Assembly: GCA_905331295.1 (NCBI GenBank)
Contig: CAJNYD010000065.1
Coordinates: 124,001-188,000 of the forward strand
Direction: 5' to 3'
Source of the DNA: Rotaria socialis
Lineage: Eukaryota
Length of the DNA: 64,000 bases
Position 1 is the first letter of the stretch, and the number at the start of each line of letters is the position of its first letter. Of this stretch, positions 26,370 through 38,326 are shown one piece after another. The notes below the pieces were generated by a model. The model was not told where the DNA came from and searched no databases. It saw nothing but the letters and a program-made list of their open reading frames with translations. The position numbers and the translations under genes are program-made.

Positions 26370-29118
26370 TTATAAATTTGAAGATGAAATTAAACTAAAA
26401 TTATTAATCGATCGATTTTTATTTGATGACATTGAACGAGCTAAATTAGCTTCCAGTCTTGAACGTATTAATTGATAAATAAGTGCAGATTTTGTTAATC
26501 TAGGTGTAAAACCAAATTGATTAAATGTATTATTATTATTGTTCTTATTATTTTCAAATGAATTTAACTCTTTTATTATTGATACTGAATAAGGTCTTGT
26601 TATATTTAATTTTCTTCTATGATGTATATTTATTCGATGACGATTTGTCGTTATTGTTGCTTTAGATAATGATGATGACGACGATGATGATGATGTTAAC
26701 GATAATGATAATGTTGTTTTTTCAGCTTGCTTAAAAAATGTATCTAAAATAAACAAATAAAATTTTTTTTGTATCTTCAATAAAACTAGTTCAAACCAAT
26801 TGTTGTTGTATGAAGAATAGCAGTTTGTCGTCCATTTCGCAATGAATTGTGATGATTGTCGGTGAATGATGCAACTGTCCCATGTCCCTATGTTTGAAGA
26901 GGTTGAATAGATTTATTTCGAATTGAAGATTTCGAAATAAGTACAAGAGTTTTTGAACCTCCGATAGAAAGACGAGTTTTTTGTATTTCATCTAAATTAT
27001 TCCATTCTTCAGCAATAACTGTTGCTGGTTTTAATATTTCAAAATTCGTTCGATATCTTTGTATTGTTTGATATTTCATTATCATTGGATCATTATCTGA
27101 TGATAAACAATTATTTGCTCTATTTGATGTGGACAATTTTTCATTAGTATGAAAACAAGTTTTATTTTCATCTTTTTGACGTATCGTATAGGAAATAACT
27201 GGTTTTTCTATTGATGAATTTTGCTGATCGTTGGATTTGGGCACTTGTTTATTTAATGAACGCGAAGGAAAACAAGAAATAGGTGTTGCATTAACTTTAC
27301 GTATATTTGGTAATGATGATATAGCACGTTTTTGTTCAATAAAAGGTAAACTATTTTTTCGTTCTAATTCATTATAAATACATTTATACCCTTTTAAAGA
27401 TTTTAATGGAAAAATTTTTTGTCCATGACGAATTTTATCAAAACATTCAATTGATAATACTTTTTTTTTTGTTTTCAAGAAAAGAAATATAAAGTATAAT
27501 AAAGAAATATAAGAAGAAGACGAAAACTTACAAATAGATTCTTTAACAACAGGTGGAATAGCTTGAACAAGTGTATTTGTATTTGTTGTTAATGCTGGAT
27601 TAACATTTATTTCAATTAGCCAAACTTTCATATCTTGATCAATCATAAAATCATAACCATACAGACCAAAACAACCAACACGTCTTTTTAATCTCATGCG
27701 AATACTTTCAATTACATTTAACATAATACGTTGAATGATTTTCTTTAGAAAAAAATTCATTTAATTTTTGTTTTCAGAATTCCTTAATGAAATATTTTAA
27801 CTTACTGGTAAAACATTTAAAATCCAATCTTGTTCAAGATTTTTATTTAATGCAACATTTTTATTAATATAATCACTAAATATATAAATAAAATAAAACC
27901 GAATGAATATATTTGAATAAGCATACTTGAATTGTTCCATTGTCCATGCTGTTTCTTCTTTAAGATCATAATATTTCGGATCTTTTTTTTGCATATACTA
28001 AGGATTTAATAAAATAGATAAAAGAATTAACTTTTTCTGATAAATTTTTATAAAGAAAATTAAACCTGATTAGTCAAATGTGTAAGAAGATTTTCATCAT
28101 TATTATCAAAATCAAACATTGAAAGTCTAATATAACCAGAATGATAAAAAATAAGAAGCGGTTTCACACTTGATATGAGCATATAACATCGAATATCAAA
28201 TTTTTTTCCATTAATTAATAATGGATTCATAATATAACTATTTAAAAAGAACAATTGAAAAGTTAATTAAACAAGGAAAACTAAAGATCAAACTGTTGAA
28301 CAATTCTTTTCATTGGTTTAATTAATATTTGTTTTTTCTTTTCTAATGAATCGATTTCTGAAAATTTTTCTTTTAACTCTTCAATATCACGAACAAGATA
28401 AATCCCTTTTCCTATTTCAAAAAATGAAAAACAAATAAGACAGACTTTCTTTGCATATTAATTAACAAACCTTGATTAAGTCCACTTGGTTTACAAATCC
28501 AAACATCACCAGCTAAAAAAAAACCAAAGAGAAATATATACGAAGAATTCTAATTAACAAACGTTTATGTATATTAAAAAATGCATCTCGATCATTTTTC
28601 TCATCCAATTTAAATGTTTGTGGAACATATTCATTTAAAGATAAAAATTGTTGTGGACGTTTCTGCATTGTCATTGACATTTTTTCATAAGTTTGTAATG
28701 ATTGACATAATTGTACTTTAGTTGTAAAATAATCTTCACCTTGAATATGATTGACCATTTGTTCACCATCTTTAAATAAATTCCAATTTATACTTTGAAT
28801 GCATTGAACCCATTTTATTTTAAAATCATCAATTTTTTCCAATTGACGTTCATAACCAATTGATGTTAAAATATTTTCTATTCTATTCAAATAGAAAAAA
28901 AGAATTCATTGAACAAAACAAATAAAAACAAAACTTCTTTACAATTCTGAATTATTTCCAGCCCCGATATAACATTTTGATATTGGTTCAGGATAAAGAG
29001 AATTTTCCTTGTGAATTTCATTTTTCTTAACATGATTAACTAGTCGACTTTCAACATTTGATGAATTTGATGTTGTCGAAGGATCAGTTTTATTTCGTAA
29101 TAAATTTTCTTCAGTCAT
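26370..29118 (-). CDS. TTLL10: TTLL10-like tubulin glycylase, copy A; first in-frame stop TAG 26890-26888, in-frame extension to 26370
   Basis: WICKPSGLNQGKGI, YIMNPLLINGKKFDIRCY, HLTNQYMQKKDPKY..LKEETAWTMEQF, FGLYGYDFMIDQDMKVWLIEINVNPAL; GEQMVN and NQYMQKK are TTLL10-type motifs. Confidence 0.88.
26866..26890 (-). promoter_or_regulatory. Proximal arm of putative recoding RNA element, copy A: UAG GGACAUG GGACAGUUGCAUCAU
   Basis: 15 nt (26880-26866) are the exact reverse complement of 26352-26338 on the same transcript. Confidence 0.6.
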
Positions 29119-30112
29119 TTAACTAAAATATTTAATTCTTTTTTTATTATTAAATTCTTGCCAATAAATATGATTAAATCAAATGATTTTATTATTTTTC
29201 TTTTATTTTCATTATATGATTTAAATTAAAATGATAAAAAAAGTAAAAACCTCGACGGTCAATAAAATTTATTAAAATTAAAGTTTGACTTATTTGTTCA
29301 AAATAAACAAATAAAAATCAATATAATATTATTTTCACTTTCTTTCTTTCTTCTTTTTTTCGTTTTACCTATAAAATAAAATGAAATAAAACGAAGTGAA
29401 CAATCAAGAGTATTGTTACTTACTTATTACTTTTCTTTTCTCTTTTCTTTTCTTTGGTATCCTATTCTAGAACATACTATTCTTAACTTGCTCTCCGTTC
29501 TTCTCTTTTTCATCAACAAAAAACATTGATGTTAATAACAACCAAGCTAATTCTGATTCTTCTTTTTCTTCTTTTTGTTTTAATTTAAATTTAGAATTAG
29601 ATCAATTTTCTTTTTGTTTTGTTTTGTTTTTTGAAAACGACATTTCTTTCTTTTCATTAGCAAAGGATCTTCTAATAAATTAAATTAATTCCATAAAGAT
29701 TCCATTTTATTCATAACCTATCGTAGAAAATTTAGCTCAGAAAGAATAAACAAAATCTATATTTTCATTGTTCTACTCGAAAATTAATAAAAAGCACTTG
29801 AAAAAAGGAAAATATTCATCGATGAGAATGTCTCACTATTTAATAAACACATTCAAATTCTTTTGAATTTGTTTTTATTCAATATTATTTTATTTTATTA
29901 TTAACTATTTTCTTTTACTTTGACGACGAACAAAAACAAATATGTTTATTTTCTTTTTATTTCAATTTATTGAAAATATTGAAATTGTAAGCATATTGAT
30001 AATTCAGTATGTTATAAACTGAACTTGAAAAGAATACATTTCTTTTAATATAGTTAGAATAATTGTAAAAAGAACGACTCTTGCCGTTGAAATGTACACA
30101 ATTAGCCATTAA

Positions 30113-31913
30113 GAGAGGGTCCGCGGAACCACTTGCTAGGAGTCGGCCGCCGGTAAAATTTTGATTTTCGGTTTAACTATTTTAAATTTAAGGTCTAGTC
30201 AAACCATAAGTGAATCCAAAATATTCGATCTTTCTGATGGGCCGGAGAAAAAAACCAGCGTTTGCAAGTTATACACCATTTATATTTGGTCAAAAAATGA
30301 AGTTTTTAGAGTGTCAGTAGTATTTTATACTTTCCTCCGCGTCTGCTCAATCGTTTGACTTCGGAAATGTCTCAAAAGATAGAGAAATGTTTTCTCTACA
30401 AAACCTATTCAATGATTTATTTATCCAGAGTCATATATCATTAGATATTACCGATATACAGACAAAATTTCGATTGGTTAAAATGAGGATTTCTCAGTAG
30501 TTTGACAATACCCACGTTGGATCATGTCATCCCAAATTAGTTTGCATATTTTCTGAAAGCCCTTGAAATTCTGCATCTGCTATGGTATTTCTTATTCAGA
30601 TAAAAGTTGAGCGAAAATAGTTAGTCTACACCACAAATGTTGACATTGGATAGTTTTCTCTGTTCAATCGGATGCAAGATCAGTTGAGTATATTCTGTAT
30701 GATTTTTCAAATACAAGATATGATTTCAGATTCGTAATCAGCACGAAAAGTTGATCACAAAAATATTATTTGCTTGATTCCAAAGTTATTTCAGCTGAAA
30801 TAGACCTACAGCGTAGCAACAATTTGAAGCATTTTTTCGAATACTTTCTGGTATGTCTATTTAATCATTGAGTCAGAGACCTAGAAGTAAGAATTTGGCT
30901 TTATTTAGAATCTCTGAACATTTAGCTTGAAAATCTGCTATGTAACTTTCTCGGTTCATGCTTTGTCGTTGAGCAAATTAAACTTTTCTCGATGCTGTCG
31001 AAAATCGATATAAATGAGTTAGAATTGCTATCATTTATCGGTGCTTTTATCATCACAGGTTGTCTTGATAACAAAATGATTTACATATTTAGAATCAGCG
31101 TAGGAAACTACGTGGATTCATGTAGTTTTTGGAAAAAATATTTGTTTTTCTAAAAACTACTCGATTATACGTAGTTTCATACGCTGATTCTAAATATGTG
31201 AATCATTTTGTTATCTGGATAACCGGTAACAATGGAAGTACCAATAAATAATACCAATTTTAACGGATTTATATGAATTTTCGACAACATCGAGATAAGT
31301 TTAATTAGCTCAACAATAAAATAAAACCCGAGAAAAGTAAATAGCAGGTTTTGGTGTGCCGTAGAAAGACCGAAAGGAAAAATGTCGAAAGGGAAAAATA
31401 TCGAAAGGAAAAATATAGAAAATGACCAAAGGAAAAATGTCGAAAGAAAAATGTCGAAGGAAAAATATCGAAAGAAAAAATATCGAAAGGGAAAAATGTC
31501 GAAAATTTGCATTAAGATATTTTTATTCTTGAAATCATAATAGCATCATAGCATAAATCATAGATAAATAAGAGTTATAAAGAAAAATACACATATCCAA
31601 TATTTACTAGTTGTTGCTGTTGTATTCAGNNNNNNNNNNNNNNNNNNNNNNNNNNNCATTTCCGAAGTCAAACGATTGAGCAGACGCGGAGGAAAGTATA
31701 AAATACTACTGACACTCTAAAAACTTCATTTTTTGACCAAATATAAATGGTGTATAACTTGCAAACACTGGTTTTTTTCTCCGGCCCATCAGAAAGATCG
31801 AATATTTTGGATTCACTTATGGTTTGACTAGCCCTTAAATTTAAAATAGTTAAACCGAAAATCAAAATTTTACCGTCGGCAGACTCCTAGCAAGTGGTTC
31901 CGCGGACCCTCTC
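30113..31913. mobile_element. TTAA-flanked non-autonomous DNA transposon with long TIRs (Kolobok-like termini), containing a nested insertion and a gap
   Basis: TTAA at 30109-30112 and 31914-31917; TIR GAGAGGGTCCGCGGAACCACTTGCTAGGAG... about 255 bp near-identical (identical spurious ORFs 30161+ and 31668-); purine-purine termini. Confidence 0.85.
31370..31506. repeat. ~15-bp tandem array GAAAAAT(A/G)TCGAAAG, ~9 copies; probable subterminal repeat of a nested element
   Basis: Directly visible; begins where the internal palindrome of the host element breaks off (~31355). Confidence 0.85.
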
Positions 31914-32820
31914 TTAAGACGTTCTAAATTGGCTAGACTAACTGTTAAGCAAGTTTTTCCTTTCAATTACTATAAAAAAAGTTTATTAGCTTTTTCTTTT
32001 GAAAGATAAACAAGTAGAATTTGTTCTCTTCGATATAATAGATAAAAAGACGTGTAAATATAAAAATTTTCATTAAATTGAATGATACGTTTTTTGGATA
32101 TTTTATTACAGAAACATTTTATCAAATAAATTAAAAAGAAAATATTCATTTAATTCAAGATAATATTATAAAATATGGTTGTCAATCAAAAATGAATTGA
32201 TTACATTGGCGCCCTCTTTTTCCTTGACCGATCATAAGTAAATAGGTAAGCGAATAAAATTTATGAAGATATTTCATTGGTTTAAAATTCTAATCTTTGT
32301 TTATATATTTAAAAAGTTGCTCTTGAATCAATCACTCAATGGAAGAGAAAAATCAATGAATTTGTTAATTGTTATTCTTCTGAATATTTGTAGAATTGAC
32401 AGTTCCAAGCTCGTAAGAGAAGAAATGAAAAAGATTTTCTATTTCAATATAAAATAAATACTCTAATATTTAATTTTTTTTCTCAGATAAATTTTCTGTG
32501 AATGAAGGTAAATAATTTAGTCGTATAGAAATAATCAAATTAAACATATTTAAATAGGAATTTCTAGAAAATGGAAAAGTTGTTCGATCAATAAATTCTA
32601 TCAATTAATATTCTACTGATAATTCAAATGAAATAGTTTCTTTTTGTTGATCTTAAAAAAGCAATAGCAGTTCTATTGAATTAGTAATCTAAATCTTAGA
32701 TACGAAATTTGAAAACAGAAAAATAAAAAATTCTTAATTGAAATGTTTGTGATAATATTTTCACTATTTATTTTAATAAATTATTAAATATTTAGATAAA
32801 AAAAAGTAAGAAAAGAAAAG

Positions 32821-34975
32821 ATGCTAAAATGTGATTATTGTTGCTGTCGTCCATCATCATTAATAATAAATTGTTTAAAATGTAGTCCATCTCGCTCAAT
32901 AAATATATGTTTTAAATGCTCATTATATGTTAATCAATTACGTGAACATGCAAAACATCATTCACTAGCAACATATAAATTAAATGATATTCCATTGGAT
33001 GAAAACAATATAAGTGAATGGTTATCAAATGATGAAATTAATTTTATTGAAATAATTGAATCGTGTGGATTAGGAAATTGGAATGATATTGGTTTAAAAA
33101 TGTCGAAAAATTCATTTGATTGTCAAAATCATTTTGAAGATATCTATTTATCACGTTCAACAAGTTCGTATTCGATTTATTTTCAATCATTTCTCAATAA
33201 TAAAAAATTATTCGGTGAAAATCAAATCAATGAAAGTTATTTTAAAATCAAATCTTTAATTTATCCACCAATGTTAATTGATAGTGAACAACAAAAAATT
33301 TTAACTTATATGCCATACAGAGATGAATATGAAAGAGAATACTTGAATCAAGCTGAAAATCGTCTTCCCTTACTAAATAACGATCATCAACAACAACAAT
33401 TTCAACAAATTGAACAATCCGAAGAACAACAAGATGGTTCAACTATTTTATTGCATAAAGCTAAATTATCACTTTTACGTTCTTATGCACAAATATTAAG
33501 AAGAAGATTACAATTAAAAGACTTTATTAGAGATTACGCTTTAGGATTTAATTATTCGCCTGATCAACAGTTAAGGATATTTTCTTGTCTTTTCTTTAAT
33601 AATTTAGTTTCTATTTAGAATGGATCTTCATCAAATAAGTCGTTTTCTTTCTGCTGATCAATATGAACGACTTATTTTTAATCATCGACGTTAGTTTCAA
33701 CGTTTTTTCTTTTTCATATTCAATCGATAGAAATCAATTTTTATTAGATTTAATATTGCTTTTTTTCTTCTTCTATTTTTATCAAAGGTATTAGAAATTT
33801 ATTAGAAGAACTTGGTTGTTCAACATCTTCAAATAAAGATAATGATCAATCTCAGCCAAGTAAAGTTTTATTGTTTTCTTTTTTTTCAATAAATTCATTT
33901 CGTATTAATAATAGGAAAAAAGGCTTCATCAATAAATAGTGAAAAACGTTCTCGACGTCGAGCTTTGTTAGTTAAAATAAAATTTTAATAAATATTATTT
34001 TTTTTAATTAAAGATCAAATATAGTTGATGAATCTTCATCGATATCAGATAATGAATCAAATTTATCCTTACCATCTTCGTCATCATCTTCGTCTTCATC
34101 GTCGTCTTCATCATCAACGAAGTCAATCTCGAAATCTTCGAAATCAACTAAATCATCTTCATCATCGTCATCATTAAATAGTCGAAATGATGAATTACAT
34201 TCTAGCATAAGACATCGTTCTGTTCGTCGCGTTTCATCATCATCAACAAATACATCAATAAAAACATCAAATATTAAAGAAAGACTTTATACAAGACGAA
34301 GAATAAATCCACCAGACAATAATGTTAATATTCTATTGATAGAAACAAAAGAAAATGAAAATTTATTTTTATTTTTAGAATTATTCTCAACGAATGACAC
34401 GTTCCACTGGAAATCAATTGACAACGTCAGAGTACGTTTTTTTTTCTATCCTATATTTGTTTAATATCGTAATGAGAAAAACGTTTATTTAGTATAAGTT
34501 GGGATTCAACAGATGATGAATTAAATAATTTATCTGATAATAATTATGAAAATATTAAAAAATCAACAATTGCTTCAAGAACACGAAGTCATACGCCACC
34601 ACATTATCATTTCGATAAAAAACAAACTGTTGGTGAAAATATTTTTTTTCTTTTTTTTACTCTTGATCTCTGTTTTTAGAGAAATTCACCAAATGGAAAA
34701 CGAACAACTAATCATATAAATGGTTCAACAAAGTAAAAAATAAAATTTATTTAAATAAAAAATTTATTTGTTTTAATATAATTAAAAGAAGATATTTATT
34801 TGATCAAAATGATGAATGTGTTTCTCGATCGGGATCAACATCAACGCCGAAAATGAACCGAATGTTAACACGACATCAACTTGTTGTGCAACAAACATCA
34901 CCAAATAAAAAACGAAAATTAAATTCAAATTCAAATTCGAATTCAATTGATGATCAAAATTATTCTATTAATTGA
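32821..34975 (+). CDS. TADA2: ADA2/TADA2-like transcriptional adaptor (ZZ finger, SANT, Ada boxes) with a Ser-rich multi-exon tail; 3' exon boundaries partly uncertain
   Basis: CDYC..CLKC..ICFKC..H..HH, EWLSNDEINFIEIIESCGLGNWNDIG, YMPYRDEYEREYLNQAE, KLSLLRSY..LRRR..KDFIRDYAL. Confidence 0.8.
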
Positions 34976-35882
34976 CTGATTCCTTTTTTTCCTCGTCGAT
35001 TTACTATTAAAAAATTTCATTTGAACAAATGTATTAATACATTGAATTATCGTTTTCTCATAAAATATATCAAATTATTATATTAAACTTTCTATTTATT
35101 AAAAAAAAATCAGCATGTACTATTAGCAAAAGAAACATTTTTTTTTTCATCAATATGAATTTTAAATTCGACAAATATTTCAGTTCGAGATAAATATTAA
35201 ATTCTAATTAATAAAAACATGAAGGAACTGTCATTAGGGATTGTTTATACGCTCATGTCTCTAACAGTGACAGAGGATAGTTGTTAATGTCTGCAATAAT
35301 AGTGCCCCTCCCCGTGGTTCCTACTATCTGTTAATGGGCAAAATTTTAAACTCATTAGTGTCTGTAATGTGGCGCGGGGGACGGGACGGAAGAGCAAAAA
35401 TATTGCTTTTAAATTTACAATGTATTTATTAAAATAAAATACATTTGAAAAGGCGAGATGTCCCATTGTAAACTCTGGCTTAAGCCGAAGTTTGTTCTAG
35501 TTTGACCAATAACTGATACTTAATTTTGATGGTCACAGTAGTTGCATTAATATCAACGATTGATTTTTTCTTGTGTGAACTCAACTATGCAAGTCAGTTC
35601 ATACTGGAATAGACAATTGAAGTTCACTGTTTTGTAGTTACTATTTATTAAATTGTATTTTTTTGCCGATGTACTAAAAAAGTCTATTTAAAATTTGAAT
35701 TTTTCGAACAGCTATTGCTTGATGATAAATATTTTAATTAATTTGATAAAATTGGAAGAATTTCATTGATAGTTAAACGAAGAACAAAAAAACCTTTATT
35801 GAAATAAAAGATAATTGTTTTGTTTGAAAAAAAGAAACGATGAAATACATATTTGACAAAAACGAGACACGAAATAAATTTA

Positions 35883-38326
35883 TTAAGATGACGATGGATT
35901 TTTAGCTAACCATTGTTTTCCTTGATTAATTGTTCCAACCAATGAAGAGAAAATAGAATTTTTTGCTTGTCCAAGAACTTTACTTGCTGCTCGGGATTTA
36001 TCTCCCATAAATTGAGATGTATCTTCTAATGCATTTTTTAATTTCCGACCTGTTTCAGTATCGTCAAGAGCACTTTTTAAATTAAAATTAAAATTTCTGT
36101 TATTAAATTGAAAAAAATAAAAAGCAACATACTGTGCAACACGTAATTTCACATCAGTTACATTGAGTTGTCCTGATTGTGGATGTCTAAATAAATATAT
36201 TTATTCCTAAAGATTAGTGATTTAAAAATAGAAAGTAAACCTTGCAGGAATTTGATCCATATGCGGATAAGGTCCTTTCGATTGCCATAAATGAAATGCA
36301 TTTGTTGATTGAAATGATTTCATAAATGATGAGTTAAAATCATTTATTCCTTGATCATCTTTTAGGAAAAAAATCAAAAAGAAAAATTTTTATGAAAAAA
36401 TTTACTTGGTGTTCGAGCAACAGATAATAACGATAAAAAATAAATTTTAAATAAACGACGAATTTCCTCTTCAGTTTTAACATCTAAAATAAAAATAACT
36501 TCTTCAATTATTTTGTTGTTTTTAAAAATAAAAAAAAGCCAACTTGATTGGGAATCTTCAAATAATTGAGTAAATCTTAGATCAGCTGTTGTTAATTGAA
36601 GTTGTTGTTTTAATTCGGATGAAAGAATTTGAAAATCTTCATCATTGTCAATTAAAATAAAATCTAAATTATTTTGTTGACGAAATAATCCGTTACTTGC
36701 ACCAATTATATAAGAATTAACATTTTTATTATTTATTATATCGAGACTATGAATCGATAAATACGGATAAAGAAGATTATTCTAAATTATCATTTTCAAT
36801 AAACGTTTAAAAATAGTTAAAATCTCTATTAATCAATACCTTTTTAAATAATTCATATGAAAATTGGCATTGATCAAAAGAAGCAAAATTTTCTTCATTA
36901 TTTATTTCGATTGACACAGAATTATTTGTTGTTAAACGATTAAATGTATCTGTTAATTTATTTGTTATGGATGTTGCTCGTTTTAATAAATTTATTTTAT
37001 TATTTTTAATTTCATCTTCTTCATCGTCGTCGTCGTCGTCTTCATCTTCTTCTTCCGGTTCATTATTATCCGATATTTTTAATGTTTTCAATTTAATATT
37101 ATCAAAATCTAATTGCTTATTAATATTTCTATCGAAAACAATATCTTCATTTTCATTTAATTCAAAATTATTTTCAATATAATTTTTATCATCAATAAAT
37201 GTACATTCATTTAATCCCGTTTCAATTATACCTTAATATAAAAGAATATTATTTAAATTTAAATTTCGCTCTTTCCTGAATTATTATTCGAATAAAAACA
37301 CACAATTTGTCAATATCAAAACTGTGAAATCAAATAAAAATTCATACTGATTGTCAAATTTATATTTGAAAGTAGAGAGAGAGAGAGAGAATGATTTTAG
37401 TTTATAAATAAAATAAAATATTCAATGAACTTTTCAAGACAATAAGAAAGATGTTCATCAACATACCAGGAATTAAAGAGACTAGATTCATTATGGTTTG
37501 TACTAAATTTTGAATAGGTGACAATATAAATAATACCTAAATATAAATATATAATAATAAATAAATAAAAATAAATAAATCTAAACCTTTCTTTGTAATA
37601 AAATAAGTTTAAAAAGAATAAGTGTTCGACGCCGATAACGAATAACAAGATCACGTGCTGAATAATATTTTAAATCAAATTCTGGAGGATTTTTATTTAA
37701 CTTATCGACAAAATCTTCAAATGGTTTTCTTTCATTAAAGTTTTTCTCTTGAAAATATTTTTCAGTTAACATTTCAAGTTCTTCGCTAATATTCCCATAA
37801 ACAGGCTAAAAATGAAGTTCTTTGTTTTTAAGAAAAATCTTTGTTTTTGTTTACTACTTTACGTAAAATAAGACAAACACTTTTTTGAATTGAATTTCTT
37901 GTTACATCAGCTTCTTTATTAATTACAGTCTAAATTAATAAAATAAAACATTAGAATAATTAAATGTAAAATGACAACAAACATTAGCATCAATTTGTCT
38001 ATATGAAGCAATACCAAATAATGTTTTATTTGAATATTGATCTTGTTCAATCGATGGAACATGAAAGTAAATCAAATCTTTATTTCTGTTATGTGCACCA
38101 TCTGGCAAAGCTAAACCGCCAATATTTGACCAACGTTCATCAATTTGTTCATTTAATAATGGATAACTATATTCAATCTAAATTTCATTGATGTTATTCT
38201 ATTTAATTTATCTCTTTAAGATAAAATAGTATTCAATACCTGATGACCTTTTTTATGATGGAATCCAATTATAATTAAATGAACTACGAAAGATTTTTCA
38301 CAGGAGAGATTTTCTTCGTTAAGCAT
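35883..38326 (-). CDS. AVL9: Late secretory pathway protein AVL9 homolog (multi-exon)
   Basis: VVHLIIIGFHHKKGHQ/IEYSYP..LALPDGAHN..LFGIASYRQIDAN..TRNSIQKSVCLI..ILFKLILLQRKVLF..PYLSIH..IIGASN..LTTADLRF. Confidence 0.93.

Noticed and set aside
26888..26890. Alternative genetic code or pyrrolysine explanation for the in-frame TAG
   Set aside because: TAG terminates another gene here (EF-hand gene, 7572-7570), other coding exons show no internal TAG, and pyrrolysine is not known in animals
13428..29118. Functional ciliary cluster (SPEF1, TTLL10, HCN)
   Set aside because: Unrelated genes are interspersed; proximity alone is not evidence of co-regulation
30161..30358. Near-identical 65-aa ORFs at 30161+ and 31668-
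   Set aside because: By-product of the terminal inverted repeats; TTG start and no protein motif
34008..34208. Acidic minus-strand ORF (and Ser-rich ORF 36967..37182)
   Set aside because: Antisense shadows of low-complexity exons of the ADA2-like gene and AVL9
35236..35480. GC-richer patch between the ADA2-like gene and AVL9
   Set aside because: Probably a repeat remnant, but no TIR, TSD or coding motif could be supported
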